A stretch of DNA of 63,601 nucleotides, filler included, from Octopus bimaculoides (taxonomy: Eukaryota): assembly GCF_001194135.2 (NCBI RefSeq). It is 6 parts of 6 records of this genome, joined end to end, with 100 filler letters (N's around TTAATTAATTAA, not from the genome) between each part and the next. Parts side by side here need not be neighbours in the genome. Positions count along the whole stretch, not along the records: positions 1 to 21,968 come from NC_068990.1; 5 more parts are not named here. One strand, written 5' to 3'. Of the stretch, positions 1 through 11,221 are shown piece after piece (the first letter of the stretch is position 1; every line of letters begins with the position of its first letter). Made by a program: the position numbers and the translations under genes. The notes under the pieces were generated by a model. The model was given only the letters and a program-made list of their open reading frames with translations. It made no database searches and was not told the DNA's origin.

Positions 1-114
1 ATATATATATATATATATAAACACACACACACACACATATATATATATATCCATATATATATATATGTATATCCATCCGTCTATCTATCTATCTATCTAT
101 CTACATACACAATT

Positions 115-1205
115 ATAACAAGGGATTGGCATGACGGTTATCCACTCTACAGGTGCCGAAAACCAGAAGATGGTGGAAAAATTACTAAGCTTAAAGTTAA
201 TCGTCATGGGATTGAAATTGACTACAGGTGGATCGTGCCCTACAACCCGTTGCTGTCTAAAACATTGCAGGCCTATGTTAATGTTGAATCATGCGACTTT
301 ATAAAAAGTATTAAATATGTATGTAAATACATCAATAAGGGCTCAGATATGGCGGTTTTGGGACTTGAACAGGAGAGCAGGCACATGAAATTCAGCAATA
401 TAAGTTGGGCAGATATATTTCCTCTAACGAGGCAATGTGGCGCATCCTGGGCTTCGAGATCCACGAGTGGCATCCAACTGTGGTGAATCTATCTGTACAT
501 CTTGAAAATGGCCAACGTGTATATTTCACAGAAGACAATACTCGAAACGTAGTTCTGAATCCATCAGAAACTACCTTGATAGCTTTTTTCAAATTATGCC
601 AATGTGATCTGTTTGCCGGAAACTGTCGTATGTTGAGGTTCCCGTGTACTATACCTGGGCACACAATAGATGGAACAGACGCAAGCAAGGAACATGCGTT
701 GAGGGCTGGGAAGAACATGCTGTCTTCAGAAGTGGGGCCATCTGGCGGGTGTACACTGTGCATCTTAATCAGCGGGAGTGGTTCTTTCTACGTCTACTGC
801 TGCACACTATCAGACCTTCGAAAACACAATGAGGAAGTTTGCACAACCTACAGAGAAGCCTGCGTCAAACATGGACTACTGGAGGATGATGCTCACTGGG
901 ACCAGACACTGGAGGAGGCAGAAGTCAGCAGAGCACCAAGTCAGCTCCACCAGCTATTTTCTATTATGTTGATGACATGTGGCTTGGGTGAACCTCTTAA
1001 GCTTTGGGCGACCCACAAAACCAGCCTGGCAGAGGGCATCCTACAAAGGATTCAAAGACAAACCTCAGTGGAAATTGCCACGTTCAATAACGCCATTTAC
1101 AATGAGGCATTACGTGACCTGGACACTCGAGTGCAAGCTATGGGAGGTCACATTTGGTCTGCCTCAACCGGAGCAGGCAGCAATCAATCTCGAAATTGAG
1201 TACCT
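115..1205 (+). mobile_element. Helitron Rep/helicase coding fragment (frameshifted, truncated)
   Basis: Translations DGYPLYR..IDYRWIVPYNPLLSKTLQAYVNVESC, IKYVCKYINKGSD and GRYISSNEAMWRILGFEIHEWHPTVVNLSVHLENGQRVYF, then TYREACVKHGLLEDDAHW, match conserved Helitron Rep-to-helicase motifs (ORFs 235..486, 405..1199). Confidence 0.92.
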
Positions 1206-1209
1206 GTGA

Positions 1210-1380
1210 GAAATCCCGTACAACTGCCTTATCCACGAACATATATAGAAAATTTATGGCTATTTTAGAAAAAAACTTCCCATAGATATAATAGAGTTAG
1301 ACTCTCGTATTCTACTCTTCCCATTATGGGTACCATCATGGCTAGATTAAATAAGAAGAATATAAAATTAGCCAGAGTTG

Positions 1381-1441
<61 letters not shown>

Positions 1442-1442
1442 T

Positions 1443-1487
<45 letters not shown>

Positions 1488-2256
1488 AATAATAATAATA
1501 GTACTGTCAACTATAACGTAAACCCCCAAAATGAGAATAGTAATGTTGATGATGATGTGGATAATAGAAGTGACAGTGGTAGCACTTCTGATATAAATAA
1601 TATGGATTGTAGTTCCGGTGCCTATACGAGCATGGAAATTATTGGTATGCCCGTTGGAAATTATTGGTATGTCTGTAGAGACAGATTTAAATGATACTAC
1701 AATTGACGGGGAGGTAGAAAATAACAGACGTGAGCATAACATACTTGATGATAGAAATATTAATAGTGAAAATATTAATAATAATAACATGAATCTTAAT
1801 AATACTAATATTAATAGTAATATTCCTCCTAGTTGCTATTGTAGAGTTAAATCCCGCTGTCCGTTATTAGGCTGATGTCTTACCCAGAACATAATTTATA
1901 AATGTTCAATAATAACTACAACTAATAAATTTATATATATTGGTTGTTCGATTAATATGAAACAACTTCTGTACAACCACATGTCCTCTTTTAAACTTAA
2001 ACATAAGGTAAATTGTACGTCATTATCTAGTAAGATTTGGGAATTGAAGGAAAGCAGAATTGGGTTTCGCCTCAAACGGGAAATAATAAGAAAAGCACAG
2101 CTTTATAGAAATAGTAAATATGTGTGTAAGTTGTGCTCTATGGAAACATGACATTTTTAAGCATAAAGATAAGGGCAACCTGATTAATAATAGATTAGAC
2201 CTTAGGGTATCATGCGTACAAAGCGTCACCCGTACTTTTAAATATTATCAAAAGTA
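1210..2256 (+). mobile_element. Penelope-like element 3' part (RT thumb, Asn-rich linker, Zn-finger, GIY-YIG endonuclease), Naiad/Neptune-type
   Basis: RVRLSYSTLPIMGTIMARLNKK (PLE VKxSYSCMPNMxxIIxxHNKK motif), CYCRVKSRCPLLG*CLTQNIIYKC..FIYIGCSINMKQLLYNHMSSF..TSLSSKIWELK..CKLCSME, and LINNRLDLRVSC; contains a stop and frameshifts. Confidence 0.85.
1379..1500 (+). repeat. (AAT)n/(AAC)n microsatellite, in frame as poly-Asn within the PLE linker
   Basis: Direct sequence; lies in ORF 1326..1694. Confidence 0.95.
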
Positions 2257-2354
2257 GCACTTTATAGGTTCTGTGATTGAACTGATTTTGATGCAAACTT
2301 CTTACCACACAGTCACGCCTGTGCTTATACATGTATATATAATGTACATAATAT

Positions 2355-2530
2355 AATGTGAGTATACACATACACACACACAGATATATATATATATATA
2401 TATATAAGCACACACACATGTATGTATGTATGTATGTTTGTATGTATGTATGTATGTATGTATGTATGTATGCATGTATGTATGTACGTATGTATGTATG
2501 TATGTATGTATGTATGTATGTATGCATGTA
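2355..2530. repeat. Compound (CA)n/(TA)n/(TATG)n microsatellite
   Basis: Direct sequence; explains several spurious YIHT/MYVC ORFs. Confidence 0.95.
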
Positions 2531-3190
2531 TGCACGTGTGAGCGTGTGTTTCTATCATCAGCACGGACACAACCACCAACAGCAATAGTCATATATAATA
2601 TGAAATATTTAAGGAAATCCATTTCAAATTAAGACATACAATGTATTGTCCTAGTGTATGTTAAAAGTTGAATGAAATGTCTTTGATCTTTGGTTTATGA
2701 AGATTGACTTCAGACTAAACGACCAGAATACAATTAGAAAGAACAATATAACCACTACAACACCACCAATACTTGCCCATCGTAACCAACACTTAAACCA
2801 ATGCAACCCACATCATCCCAACTATCAGCCCACCAACTTTTGAATTCAACTGACTTCAGTAAGTGTCTGCGTATACGCCAACACGTGCGTGGCGTACGTG
2901 CTTAATCATCTATAAAATTTGCTGACCCCCTTCAACTAACTGCAACCATATAGTACTTTCTCTTCCTCAGTCATACATCTTTTCATCTCATTTTCAGTAA
3001 TACATCAATAGACAATTTTACGCTTTCTGAAATCAGATCTTTCCAGGATAAATGTTTCTTACTACATATTTGTCGTGGATAATTAATCGCCGCTGCTATT
3101 ATATTTGCCGGAAAGACTTCTTCCCGTCCCCCACCCCATTTTCTCGCAAATTATTGCTTTCTTTAATTTTCTTATTTTGCCGAAAACATA

Positions 3191-3618
3191 CGTTTTCCGA
3201 TACGGAGATTCCGGAAAATTGCTAAAAATCGGAATTTTGAAATTTTTGCCCCACCTTACTCCCATCCCCCAAATTCTTCATTTTTCACTTTTTTCCGTAA
3301 ACCTAACCCTAAAATCCCAACCATAACCCTAACCCTAACTCTAAAACCCTAACGCTAACCCTAACCCAAAAACCCTAACCCTAACCCTAAAACCCGAACC
3401 CGAACCCTAAAACCCTAAACCTAACCCTAACCCTAACCCTAAGTCTAAAAATTTTTGGAAATTTTTTTTCAGAATCATAATCTCCGTATTTTTCCGCATA
3501 TGTTGAAAAAACAAATTGTGAAAAAAGTTGAAAATGAAGAATTTAGGGTGGCGGGGATTAAAAATGCCGATTTTTGCCAATTTTTTTTGCAGATTCATAT
3601 TCTCCGTAGCCGAAAACG
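3191..3618. mobile_element. Foldback/MITE-like element with about 100-bp imperfect inverted arms around a telomeric-repeat core
   Basis: 3191-3296 is the approximate reverse complement of 3519-3618 (e.g. ccccaaattcttcatttttcac vs gttgaaaatgaagaatttaggg; cgttttccgatacggaga vs tctccgtagccgaaaacg). Confidence 0.7.
3299..3442. repeat. Interstitial degenerate telomeric repeat (CCCTAA)n/(TTAGGG)n
   Basis: About 24 exact and variant CCCTAA units. Confidence 0.92.
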
Positions 3619-3739
3619 GGGGTTTGTGTAGAAAAAATAATTAAATAAAAAAAGGGGTGTACAAAAGGAAGTGTTGCCCATTTGCCTTCAAGATCTCTAG
3701 AAAGATGCTATTATGTAGAACTGAAGGTAGTACTGCGAA

Positions 3740-4620
3740 AAGGAACTGTAAATGGATTACACTTGATATCATCTCGATTCTTTTAAAAAAGACGACACGA
3801 AGGTAAAACTAAGTTATATTGCCAAAACATTTAATCTCGTAACATCTACAATGAAAACAATACGTGACAACAGAGAGAAAATTATGTCAAGTTCTAAAGA
3901 AGCTACTCAGTTAACTGTCCAGATCTTATTTTTCCATAGAGCTAATGTAATGACTAAAATAGAATGGCTCTTGTGTTCATGGATCAAGGATCAGAATCGA
4001 CATAACGTGTCGATAAACACGATGGTAATTCAAAGAAGAGCCAAAAGTTTATATGACGATTTGCAGAAAATGGATGGCAAAACTTCTAACGAAAACCCCT
4101 TTTTTGATAGTAAAAGCTGGCATAAAATGTTTAAGCGTATGAATTTGCACAACATAAAAATAATTGGTGAAATTGCGAGCGTTGATACAGAGGCTGCAAC
4201 TAATTACCCTGAGCAGTTAATGAAAATGATTGTTGATGAGGGCTACACACCGGAGCATGTATACAATGTTGATGAGACTGCACTTTTCTGGAAGCGTACG
4301 CCTACAAGAACTTTTATTTCTCGAGGAAAAACACCAACAACAAAAAACACCAGGATTTAATGCTTCCAAAAATCGTTTGACACTTCAACTTTGAATAGTG
4401 CTTGGAAAAGTATATGGGCAGATTGTATCCGTGACATTACAAGTTTTCTTCAAGCAGAAAGTCTACATCAAATTTGGAAAGATGTAACACTTGCAAAAGG
4501 ATATAGGATATGAAGACGTCTTTGTCTGCAGGTTTTTGCTGATAATGATCCTAATCGTGAACGTAAACATAAAAATTACAAGAGTCTTTTTCAATGAGCT
4601 CAGTTCCTATACTGAGCTGT
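3740..4620 (+). mobile_element. Tigger/pogo transposase fragment (CENP-B HTH plus start of DDE domain)
   Basis: ORF 3851..4360: LLCSWIKDQ..IQRRAKSLYDDL..HNIKIIGEIASVDTEAA..YTPEHVYNVDETALFWKRTPTRTFI, typical of TIGD1/Tigger. Confidence 0.9.
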
Positions 4621-5087
4621 AACAAAGAGGTGATGCGTCATAAACAGCAACCAACTTTGGATAAAGTTCTTCGCTCCTCAAGCTGATGTTCGTGATAATG
4701 AACTATAAGATAGTAAATATTGTCCCTCATCCTTCTAGTAACGCTCATTCCACCACCATCCCTTACACAGTAGTTAATATCTTTTGTGGTAAGATATTAC
4801 GATATTATTTGTTCTCATATGTATTCTTCTTTAAATGTTTTTGTGTCTTTTTATGTATCTATATTGTACCGTGTATGTTTAGAAGTAGTTAATTACATGT
4901 ATAAAGGTGATTGTGTTGCTTGTTCACCTTTCTTTCCTTGAGCTTCTTTCATTTGTTTCCCCCCGAAAAAGTCCGTTGGAACGCAGTCTGAAATTTCGCG
5001 TTACAAGATTTTCAAGAACGTATTACTTCCGTAAAGCAAAGGACTTCTGCGTGCGCGCGCGTGTGTGTATGTTTGTGTGTGTGTGTA

Positions 5088-5300
5088 TTCTTTTATTCTT
5101 TTACTTGTTTCAATCATTTGACTGCGGCCATGCTGGAGCACTACATTGAACGATTTTAGTCGAACAAATCGACCCCAGAACTTATTTTTTAAAGCCTAGT
5201 ACTTATTATGTCGTTCTCTTTTGCTGAAGCGTTAAGCACCGGTTGTCAAGCTGTGATGTGGGGGGTGGATAAACACAGACACAAAGACACACACGTAGAG

Positions 5301-5346
<46 letters not shown>

Positions 5347-5403
5347 GACGGTCTTCTTTCAGTTTCCGTCTACTAAATCCACTCACAAGGCTTTGTTTGG
5401 CCC
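5088..5403 (-). mobile_element. SINE family C copy (internal TA/CA microsatellite, AAAGAAT tail)
   Basis: Reverse complement of the SINE at 44091-44505 (shared gacggaaactgaaagaag..cgtcg, ggggtcgatttgttcgactaaa, gcagtcaaatga). Confidence 0.8.
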
Positions 5404-5413
5404 AATATATATA

Positions 5414-7060
5414 TTGAGTCATCTCATAAATAATGCCCTTTTTTTATACTTCTATTATTTTTCAAAATTGAGATAAACAAAGTTCTTTTTTAATCTAAAA
5501 TGTACTCTCCTTCATTTTCCACAATGCCCTTCTACAATGCTGGTAGACTTGCAGGGCCTCTCTTCCGTAACGAAAAATACTCCTCCAGTACTGTTCTGAT
5601 TTCGTTTACAGAATTCATATGTTTTCCGTCCAAACGATTTTGAAGACTGCAGAATAAATTATCATTAGATGGGGCAATGTCCGGCGTATATGGTGGATGG
5701 GCATTGTTTCCCCCTCAGATTGCTCCAGCTTTTGGAATGTCATCCTCACTGTATGTGGGTAAGCCTTATCCTGATGGAAGAACACCTTTCGTCTTGAAAC
5801 CATAGAAGGTTGTTTTTTGTTTTTTTATAGCGTTGACTTAAGTCGCTAAAGTTGCTCGCAATAGATCTCCTCTGTTATAGTTTGGTTTCGGTTTAAAAGT
5901 TCAAAGTGGACTAGACCTTTCATATCTCACCAAACAGATAACAACACCTTACGTAGGTGAAGACCTTCTTTAGCCTGGGGTGTCAGTGTTTCTCCTTTCC
6001 CTACCCACTGTCTTCGGCGCTTGACATTTTTACAGAGAACTAATTTCTCGTCACCAGTCACTATTCGGTCCCCAAAAAGTTCATTTGTGAGACGTGACAA
6101 CAAAAATGAGCACACACTCACTCTTTGCGCGCGATGAGACTCGGAAAGTTTGTGAAGAACCTATTGACCCAATTTGCTGACTTTTCCGATGGCACGCAGG
6201 TGTCGATGAATTGTTAAATGACCAAATCCAAGCTTCTCTGCTAATCCTTCAACAGTTACAATGGGATTTCGTTCCTCCAGGGTTTGCAGGACTTCCTCAT
6301 CGAGCTCTACACATCTTTCAGGACGAGGCTCGTCTTCTAGGCTGTAGTTTCCGGTTGGGAATTTCTGGAACCACAGTTGGCACTAGCTTACACTTANNNN
6401 NNNNNNCATTTTTACAGAGAACTAATTTCTCGTCACCAGTCACTATTCGGTCCCCAAAAAGTTCATTTGTGAGACGTGACAACAAAAATGAGCACACACT
6501 CACTCTTTGCGCGCGATGAGACTCGGAAAGTTTGTGAAGAACCTATTGACCCAATTTGCTGACTTTTCCGATGGCACGCAGGTGTCGATGAATTGTTAAA
6601 TGACCAAATCCAAGCTTCTCTGCTAATCCTTCAACAGTTACAATGGGATTTCGTTCCTCCAGGGTTTGCAGGACTTCCTCATCGAGCTCTACACATCTTT
6701 CAGGACGAGGCTCGTCTTCTAGGCTGTAGTTTCCGGTTGGGAATTTCTGGAACCACAGTTGGCACTAGCTTACACTTATTGTCCGATCCCCATATTCTGC
6801 ATTAATATTCCTCGCACTTTCCGTTATTGAACTCATAAAACAAAATATGCCAAATATGCTCCTTTGTCACTTCCATTATAGCTTTGAAAAAATAACTGTT
6901 AAAATCAAACTGCACTTTTCAGCACATGCACCAAGAATAAGAACAAGGTAAAATTACTACCTGCTTTTATAGCAAGTTGATGCAGGTAGTTTACCCCGTC
7001 CACTTCCGACTTTTAGTTCATGTAATTGAAAAAAACCTCATTATTTATGGGATGACCTAA
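5414..7060 (-). mobile_element. mariner transposon, near full length, decayed DD34D transposase
   Basis: TIRs ttgagtcatctcataaataatg (5414) and cattatttatgggatgacctaa (ends 7060), TA on both sides; motifs CQLWFQKF..SLEDEPR, RIVTGDEK, FHQDKAYPH and SPDIAPSD on the minus strand. Confidence 0.93.
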
Positions 7061-7325
7061 TATATGTATGTATGTATATATACACAACACACACACACAC
7101 ATATCCATCCATCCATCCATCCATACAAGTGTGTGTGTGTGTTTGTAAATTTATGATTAATATTTTTGGTTAATGCTTTTACCATATTTTTAAATTCTTA
7201 ACATAGTATATTTTAAGATATATATATATATATATATANNNNNNNNNNNNNNNNNNNNNNNNNNNNNNNNNNNNNNNNNNNNNNNNNNNNNNNNNNNNNN
7301 NNNNNNNNNNNNNNNNNNNNNNNNN

Positions 7326-8130
7326 GAAACCGATAAACTGTCCACAGTCTGTCTATGTGAAAGGCCTCTCCGAAAAGATACAAAAGGTATGCGGCCCATA
7401 TGACATCAGGACAGTATTCAAAAGTAATATAACACTTCGCAAATATCTCCTTCGAGTAAAACCACCAATAGAAGAGAATATGATTAAGAACTGCGTGTAC
7501 TCCATCCCATGCAGCTGTGGTAGGTTATACAAAGGCGAAACATGTTGACCCCTCAAAATAAGGGTAGAGGAACATCGCAAAGCTGTGACACGGGGAGATA
7601 TTGATAAATCGGGTATAGCTGATCATGTATGGAAAAATGGAGACTACTTCCCCCTGTGAGATGAAATTAAAATAATAGACAAAGAACACCAGTGGAAAAT
7701 ACGAAAACTAAAAGAAGCAGCACACATGCTAGGACACAACAACCTCCTAAGCAGACCGAGTGCAGATATGAACAGCATATGGAAACCGGTATTAAGGAAG
7801 GATAGGAGAATATTAGATTTATAAACCCTAAAATTCACTCTATTATTCTCCACGGGCATATGGCGTGTGGTTAAGAGCGCTGGCTACTAACCCCATGATT
7901 CCGAATTCGGTTCCAGGCAGTGACTTAAATAATAATAATAATAATAATACCAACATCGAAAAAGACCCTAGGAATGAGAACCCAGGTTCGAAATTTCCTC
8001 TAAGACACCTGTTGAAGGCAGTGGAGGGTATATCAGCCGAAACGTTGTGTTAACAACAAATAAGATGAGGACAAATATCTGTCAATTGTAAATAATGTAC
8101 ATAATTCCTCATCTCTTAAATGTTGAACTG
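7326..8130 (+). mobile_element. Penelope/Poseidon-type GIY-YIG endonuclease end plus 3' pLTR-like tail
   Basis: YVKGLSEKIQK..CVYSIPCSCGRLYKGETC*PLKIRVEEHRKAV..SGIADHVWKNG..IIDKEHQWKIRKLKEAAH, followed by a tRNA-like head and a hammerhead-like motif. Confidence 0.88.
8004..8051 (+). ncRNA. Minimal type I hammerhead ribozyme motif, core variant CUGUUGA (probably inactive)
   Basis: gacac-CTGTTGA-a-ggc..gcc-GAAAC-GTT-gtgtt: stem I gacac/gtgtt, stem II ggc/gcc, loopless palindromic stem III as in PLE minimal hammerheads; A6 changed to U. Confidence 0.65.
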
Positions 8131-11100
8131 TATTTCTCTCTTTTTTATTTTAACCTGTTCCCTCTAGCATAGTTTTCCTACGATCAATAAAATTCTGAAT
8201 ATCCTGAACTTTCTGGTTACATTTTTTTCTTTTACTGCTAACGTTGCCCTTGTTTTTTGCTATATTTTGTGATATATATCACATTTGACTTTACATTGTT
8301 TTACAAATAGCCCATTAGCACCGGTTGACATGTACTTCCTTCACACACAAAGCATCAATTATTTTGAATTATTTCCATGGAATGTCAGAGTAGCAGAGTT
8401 ATTTTCAGTCTTTCGGTCTATGAACATCAATAAAAGCTGTTTATTGTCAAGGAAATTCCAGCCACTAAAATTTGCTTGAATAATACATTGTGGCGTAAAA
8501 CTATAACAAGTACAGCTTCTTTTCCGGAGGCTTAAATTCTTCTCATTTTAGTTTGTGAGGAATCTTTCATTTATTTGAAAACATTTATTGTTTACTGAAG
8601 AACTGTGTAATGACAGCTTTGACAGAATGCTCGACTAACCGTGTATTACTAACAACTTTACAGAATTAAACATTAATCCTTACTGTCAGCATGCATCTTG
8701 AGTTATAATCCTACTGGAGTTGATTTTGTTATTCATTGTTTTGGGGAAAAGGGTGTCGACAAAATATGTACTAGCTATAAATTAGGGTCTTGATAATTGA
8801 CATAACCTTTCCAATAGAAATATATAACCGTGTGCCATATGTCAGAAATAATTATAGTCTGTTATGAAATACTATATAAATTCTGTCTTTTAGTTGGGGT
8901 AAAAAAAAGAGGAATTGTTTTAAATTTTGGCACAAGGTTAGCAGTTTTGGGGAGAAGTAAGTCGATTACATTAACCCAAGTACAAAACTGGTACTTACTT
9001 TACTTCAAAAGAATGAAAGATAAAGTCGACCTCGACGGTATTTGAACTCAGAACATAAAGAGTAGGAAGAAATGCAAGCATTTTGTCTGATGCAGTAGTA
9101 AACAGAATAATAACGAAATTTTTGAACGATTTGAAATGGAAGCTATCGCTCTTTAGCAAAAACTATTCATTGCACGCGCGCACACACATACAGTCATAGA
9201 GACAGCAAAATAAATATCTATAAGTGTTGTAACCGTACTTATCGAGTGTTTTATCCAATTTATGTAGATGTTTAACTACGCACATATTTTAATTCTACTC
9301 CATCTCAAAATATTAAGCACTTGTGATGATAACGTTCATATATCAATAAGATATAATATCATGTATATTGCAAAATTTAAGTTTATAATATGTGTGTGTG
9401 TGTGTGTGTGTGTGACCCAACCAACCATTACTCAGTGTATCATAGGTATGCAGGTATCTGTCTAATCGATCCGATGTACAAATATTGAAAGGTACTATAT
9501 TTTATAAAGTACCACTTTCTGACTACACATGAATATCACAAATTTTTCAATGCATACAGTTTTAAAGTTGGCAAAACTTGTCATGACAACACGCTTTTAG
9601 CACTATAAACTACAAGTGAAAACAACCATCTACTCCAGTAATCTAGCTGCAATTTCCAAAACCGTTGTGTATATAGAGCGACCTTTAACTCAGCAAATTG
9701 TATGTAGAGGAACTATTCGGAGCCCACTGTCAATAAAGTTCAGTGAGATATGATTAACATCTGAACTCCTTTAGGTCCAGGGTTAGAGAACACTTCGATT
9801 TCCCGTCCCATTTCATTTGGAAGATTTGGGATCAGAAACATGAATGTAAAACAAATTCAAGCATTGCTGATATGCTCTACCATATTCCAGTGTATTATAC
9901 AACTGCAGGCTCTGGCCTTCTGAGAAACTGCATATCTTGAAACAATCTATGGCATATATCAAGAGAAAATCCGATGTGAACGCCAGTTGAGGTCACCAAC
10001 GAGCCTTTGTCTTTGGTCTGTTACAACTAGTAATAGCAAAAAGAATCATGAAGTTTACCTGACTAACGAAAGTTAATTGCAGGTAAATTGTTTACTCTTA
10101 GAATTGCCTTTACAATCCAACAATGTGAGACTATGATTTATGCTGAAATTCTTAGCGATTTTTATGTTTCAGTTGATACAAGAGAAACTAAGTTACCAGC
10201 AAACGATATGAAATCACCTTTCGAGTTAAACATAACTAAAACATCACTCATTATGAACATCTGACTGTTTATACATGTTTATTACTATGTACCTCCTCCT
10301 CCTCCTCCTCCTCCTCCTCCTNNNNNNNNNNNNNNNNNNNNNNNNNNNNNNNNNNNNNNNNNNNNNNNNNNNNNNNNNNNNNNNNNNNNNNNNNNNNNNN
10401 NNNNNNNNNNNNNNNNNNNNNNNNNNNNNNNNNNNNNNNNNNNNNNNNNNNNNNNNNNNNNNNNNNNNNNNNNNNNNNNNNNNNNNNNNNNNNNNNNNNN
10501 NNNNNNNNNNNNNNNNNNNNNNNNNNNNNNNNNNNNNNNNNNNNNNNNNNNNNNNNNNNNNNNNNNNNNNNNNNNNNNNNNNNNNNNNNNNNNNNNNNNN
10601 NNNNNNNNNNNNNNNNNNNNNNNNNNNNNNNNNNNNNNNNNNNNNNNNNNNNNNNNNNNNNNNNNNNNNNNNNNNNNNNNNNNNNNNNNNNNNNNNNNNN
10701 NNNNNNNNNNNNNNNNNNNNNNNNNNNNNNNNNNNNNNNNNNNNNNNNNNNNNNNNNNNNNNNNNNNNNNNNNNNNNNNNNNNNATGTATATATATATAT
10801 ACACGCAAATATACACACACATATAAATCATTGATTAGAGAACAAACATCAAATTTGGGTCAACGGCTTTATATAACCCCCACGCTTATATACATTTCAT
10901 CATACATAAATAATACCATGGCCTTCAACATATAAAAGGAATACATATATAAGCACAGAAGATAAAAAATATATATGCACATATGAAAATGCAAAATATA
11001 TAGAAGGGCCTGTCAAGAAAAAGTCATACAAATCGGCTAAAATTGGTAATCAAAATGATTTATTAAAACATATCAATCGACTGAAAACTTTTTTACCCCT

Positions 11101-11137
11101 CGATTAAAAATATACCAAAATAGTTCGTTTTTAAAAA

Positions 11138-11221
11138 TGAAGTAATCTATGGTAGGTTCAGTCTCCATGGTAGGTCCGGACTTACGCACCTTGGAGACCG
11201 GACCTACCATGGATTACTTCA
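11138..11221. repeat. Nested inverted repeat at the LINE truncation point
   Basis: 11138-11167 matches the reverse complement of 11192-11221 at 27/30; 11165-11179 is the perfect reverse complement of 11198-11212. Confidence 0.85.

Noticed and set aside
1873-1875. In-frame TGA in the PLE Zn-finger (CPLLG*CL) as possible selenocysteine, reported for some Naiad-group PLEs
   Set aside because: The TGA falls at a non-Cys position between conserved Cys residues and is most simply a CGA to TGA change; the copy has other stops and frameshifts, and I saw no SECIS.
2697-2740. Hammerhead in the first PLE's downstream region (tggt..atgaaga..aaacgacca)
   Set aside because: Both core segments are altered and stem II does not pair convincingly.
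3299-3442. Telomeric repeat as a true chromosome end
   Set aside because: Short, degenerate and flanked on both sides by inverted arms and ordinary sequence.
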